Assembly: GCA_047495785.1 (NCBI GenBank)
Contig: JBLDXI010000074.1
Coordinates: 186,001-250,000, forward strand
Source of the DNA: Lepidodermella squamata
Lineage: Eukaryota > Animalia > Gastrotricha
Direction: 5' to 3'
DNA: 64,000 nt
Numbering within the stretch: position 1 is the stretch's first letter; each line of letters opens with the position of its first letter. Under the pieces are notes generated by a model that saw only the letters and a program-made list of their open reading frames with translations, was not told where the DNA came from and did no database searches. Of the stretch, positions 61,737 through 64,000 are shown in pieces. The position numbers were made by a program, and so were the translations under genes.

Positions 61737-63571
61737 AACACAACACATCCCTGAAATTAGAACAAGTAAAGAATTTGTGTTCGAATTTCTAAAATTTTTA
61801 AAATTTTTCGAATAATTTTCTTGCTCAACTTTCGAATTCGAATACTTTGAATACATTTTATCTGATTTTAACCTCTCGTTCATACCCTGCCAGTGATGCC
61901 TTGAACTCTGAAATACTTCGTTTTGGCTCAAATTTACGAGTTGATTTGTAATAAAAATGGCGAGATGAATCGGCATCTTTTTCTGTTCTCGGCAAGTAAT
62001 CGGCTGCTACACTTTCGCTTTAGTGTTTTTCTTTAGCTTGAGTCTTGAGTATTAAGCCCACTATCAGAAAATGTAGGGGTCGCAAGAGCTACACGACTCA
62101 GATTTTCTTGTACAGAACTAACAAATATCATCATAAAAATTGTCAGCCAGGGGCCGCCAGCGTCGACTGAAAAGTCAATTTTTATTCACTTCCTTCGCAT
62201 TTTCCTGGTTGAAACTGATTTTTCGTCTTTTAATACCAAGAAGTAATATCAACAGCTCCGACAGAACACGGGTGGAAATGCGTGTAATGCATGATGTTAA
62301 TAATAACCATAACAGCAATAATAATGGTCCATTATTGCTTGGCGAGTGTGTGTGGCGAGAAAATGCGAGGACCGCGAAACGCGAACAGACAGACGTTAAT
62401 TGCCTAGAAGGCGTTATGGAAGCGTGCCTCTCGCATTTGCTTATAAATCATGACAACAGTTTATCAGGAATTTGCAATTTTCCTCAAAATAATCCCGATT
62501 TTCCTTTTTGATGCCATCTATCATGCTAGTTAATTAGGTTTAATGGACAGGCATTCTCGTGCGAATCAAGATTCAGGTTTTAAAAAAGGCAACCGCGCGA
62601 TGAGGAGGCGAAACATGAGGCTGGGCTAAGATGCGAAAACTAATTCAATATTCCGGCCCATTGCCCGGAATCAATCGGACGAAAGCCATCATGTGGCGTT
62701 AAGTGTTAAGTGTTAAATGGGCCTCGAATTGAAAGTATTCAACCCGGAAGCGCAGAATTTCGCGAACGCCTCGGATATCGAACCTTCATTTCCCGACGAA
62801 CTTATCCAATTTATAGGTTTCGTAAATGGAGAGCAAGACTCGTCCGCTAGATATGAAGGTGCCATGACAGTTTGGATTGCACCATTGTGTACTACCTACC
62901 ATCTGATAGAGCAGATCACAAATTTTAATCCATGAAAATTGCAGCCTAAACCCCGACCCTCTTTGGTGATGTGAAGAATCAAAGTTTTGCCAACTTGAAA
63001 ATCGACAAATTTTCGCGCATCAATATCCCCTGTTTGTAGCACCTCCTGTGAAACAAAAATAAGCAGTTTCTAGGTCACGGATAATAATTGGGAATTAAAA
63101 AATCCTTCTTAAAAAAACTCGCCGACTTTTTGCAGATAATTTTAGCATTGACTTTCGTCTCTGATTAATCTGATCTCTATAGTGGAACCATTAAATCCAC
63201 AATTTCCTGATTGGTCCAGATTCTTGAAATCAGATTGGTTGGCTCATAAAGCAAGTGTCTCACACCATTTTTTCACGTTCACGCTTCTCTAGAGATGCTT
63301 CTTTTCTAAAAGTAGCAGCCATTAAAAAAATTGCGATTTAACTGGTTTCACTAGGTTAATCTCAAAATCGGCTTTCTTACGGATTTCGAGCAAAATCTCA
63401 TCTATTCACTGCAAACTATAGTTGGGGCTTCGAGTCTAATAATTTTCAATTCTGCATGGATTGAAATACCTGAATCGATAATTTTAGCGGTTTTTTACAA
63501 CATCTGCTGCTTTCGCTAATTTTTTGTTTTTTTGTAGGATTTATTCCATTAACTTCAATCGCTGAATACCC

Positions 63572-64000
63572 ATGAAATTTCAGTCCACTTACATATGTCG
63601 CCCGTGCGGTGAGCATGCTAGCGTCGAAATCGACGGTTTCGAACTCACAGACCGTGTGATTACAGTCAAATCTTTGATCGAAGCGGAAATAGGAATTCCG
63701 AAAGAATTGATCCAGCTTTACTATGGTGATACCGAGCTACTCGATCCCAACCAGCGACTATGCGACATCAAAGGGAGCAAAATTAACGAGAACCCTTGCG
63801 CTAAACTCAGCTTTCTCGACATCGATAGGAGCAACATTAATGAGAAACCCGGACTCAGCTTTAGAACTCAAATCGCAATTCTTGCCATTTTGCCGAATTC
63901 CGACTTCAAACTCCCGGATTTCGACGTCGTTGCATCGATGACGATTGCCGATCTGAAGAAATCAATTGCAGGAAAAATGACTATCAAGCCACAGCATCAG
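63572..64000 (+). CDS. Multi-UBL copy 11, 5' part (runs off window; absent from ORF track)
   Basis: Open frame MKFQSTYICRPCGEHASVEIDGFELTDRVITVKSLIEAEIGIPKELIQLYYG..., close paralog of copy 9. Confidence 0.9.
   Translation, partial: MKFQSTYICRPCGEHASVEIDGFELTDRVITVKSLIEAEIGIPKELIQLYYGDTELLDPNQRLCDIKGSKINENPCAKLSFLDIDRSNINEKPGLSFRTQIAILAILPNSDFKLPDFDVVASMTIADLKKSIAGKMTIKPQHQ

Noticed and set aside
62717-62935. 72-aa ORF, possibly a transposase remnant
   Set aside because: No recognisable motif; too short to support.
5497-64000. Dedicated E1/E2/E3/DUB conjugation machinery (bacterial Bil/Bub-like operon)
   Set aside because: No such motifs found in any frame inspected; the locus is eukaryotic with spliceosomal introns.

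Overview
Eukaryotic (most likely invertebrate animal) genomic DNA, AT-rich, with short GT-AG introns of 54-63 nt. The window is dominated by a tandem family of intronless genes encoding proteins made only of 6-7 divergent ubiquitin-like (beta-grasp) domains. There are no internal Gly-Gly cleavage sites. The last domain is clearly ubiquitin/NEDD8-like but ends in an invariant Cys at the position of ubiquitin Gly76 (LRLRGC-stop; 13 of 13 visible C-termini). There are 9 intact ORFs, one more running off the right edge, two disrupted copies, two 3' fragments and several relicts, which points to active birth-and-death evolution. Embedded in the array are a spliced Ser/Thr kinase fused to about 17 ankyrin repeats, a NAPE-PLD-like metallo-hydrolase with a signal peptide, an intronless Uma2/PD-(D/E)xK nuclease-like gene and a small orphan gene. 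A 3.5-kb near-perfect inverted duplication carries one family member, and its breakpoints sit on foldback repeats. A CR1-type LINE, itself hit by a 9-bp-TSD MITE, interrupts one copy, and several MITEs, hairpins and a 27-bp minisatellite are present. The left end holds an alpha-carbonic anhydrase and a GC3-rich small heat-shock protein with an unusual glycine-zipper N-terminus. No E1/E2/E3 or DUB gene is visible. All calls were made by eye; no database search was run.
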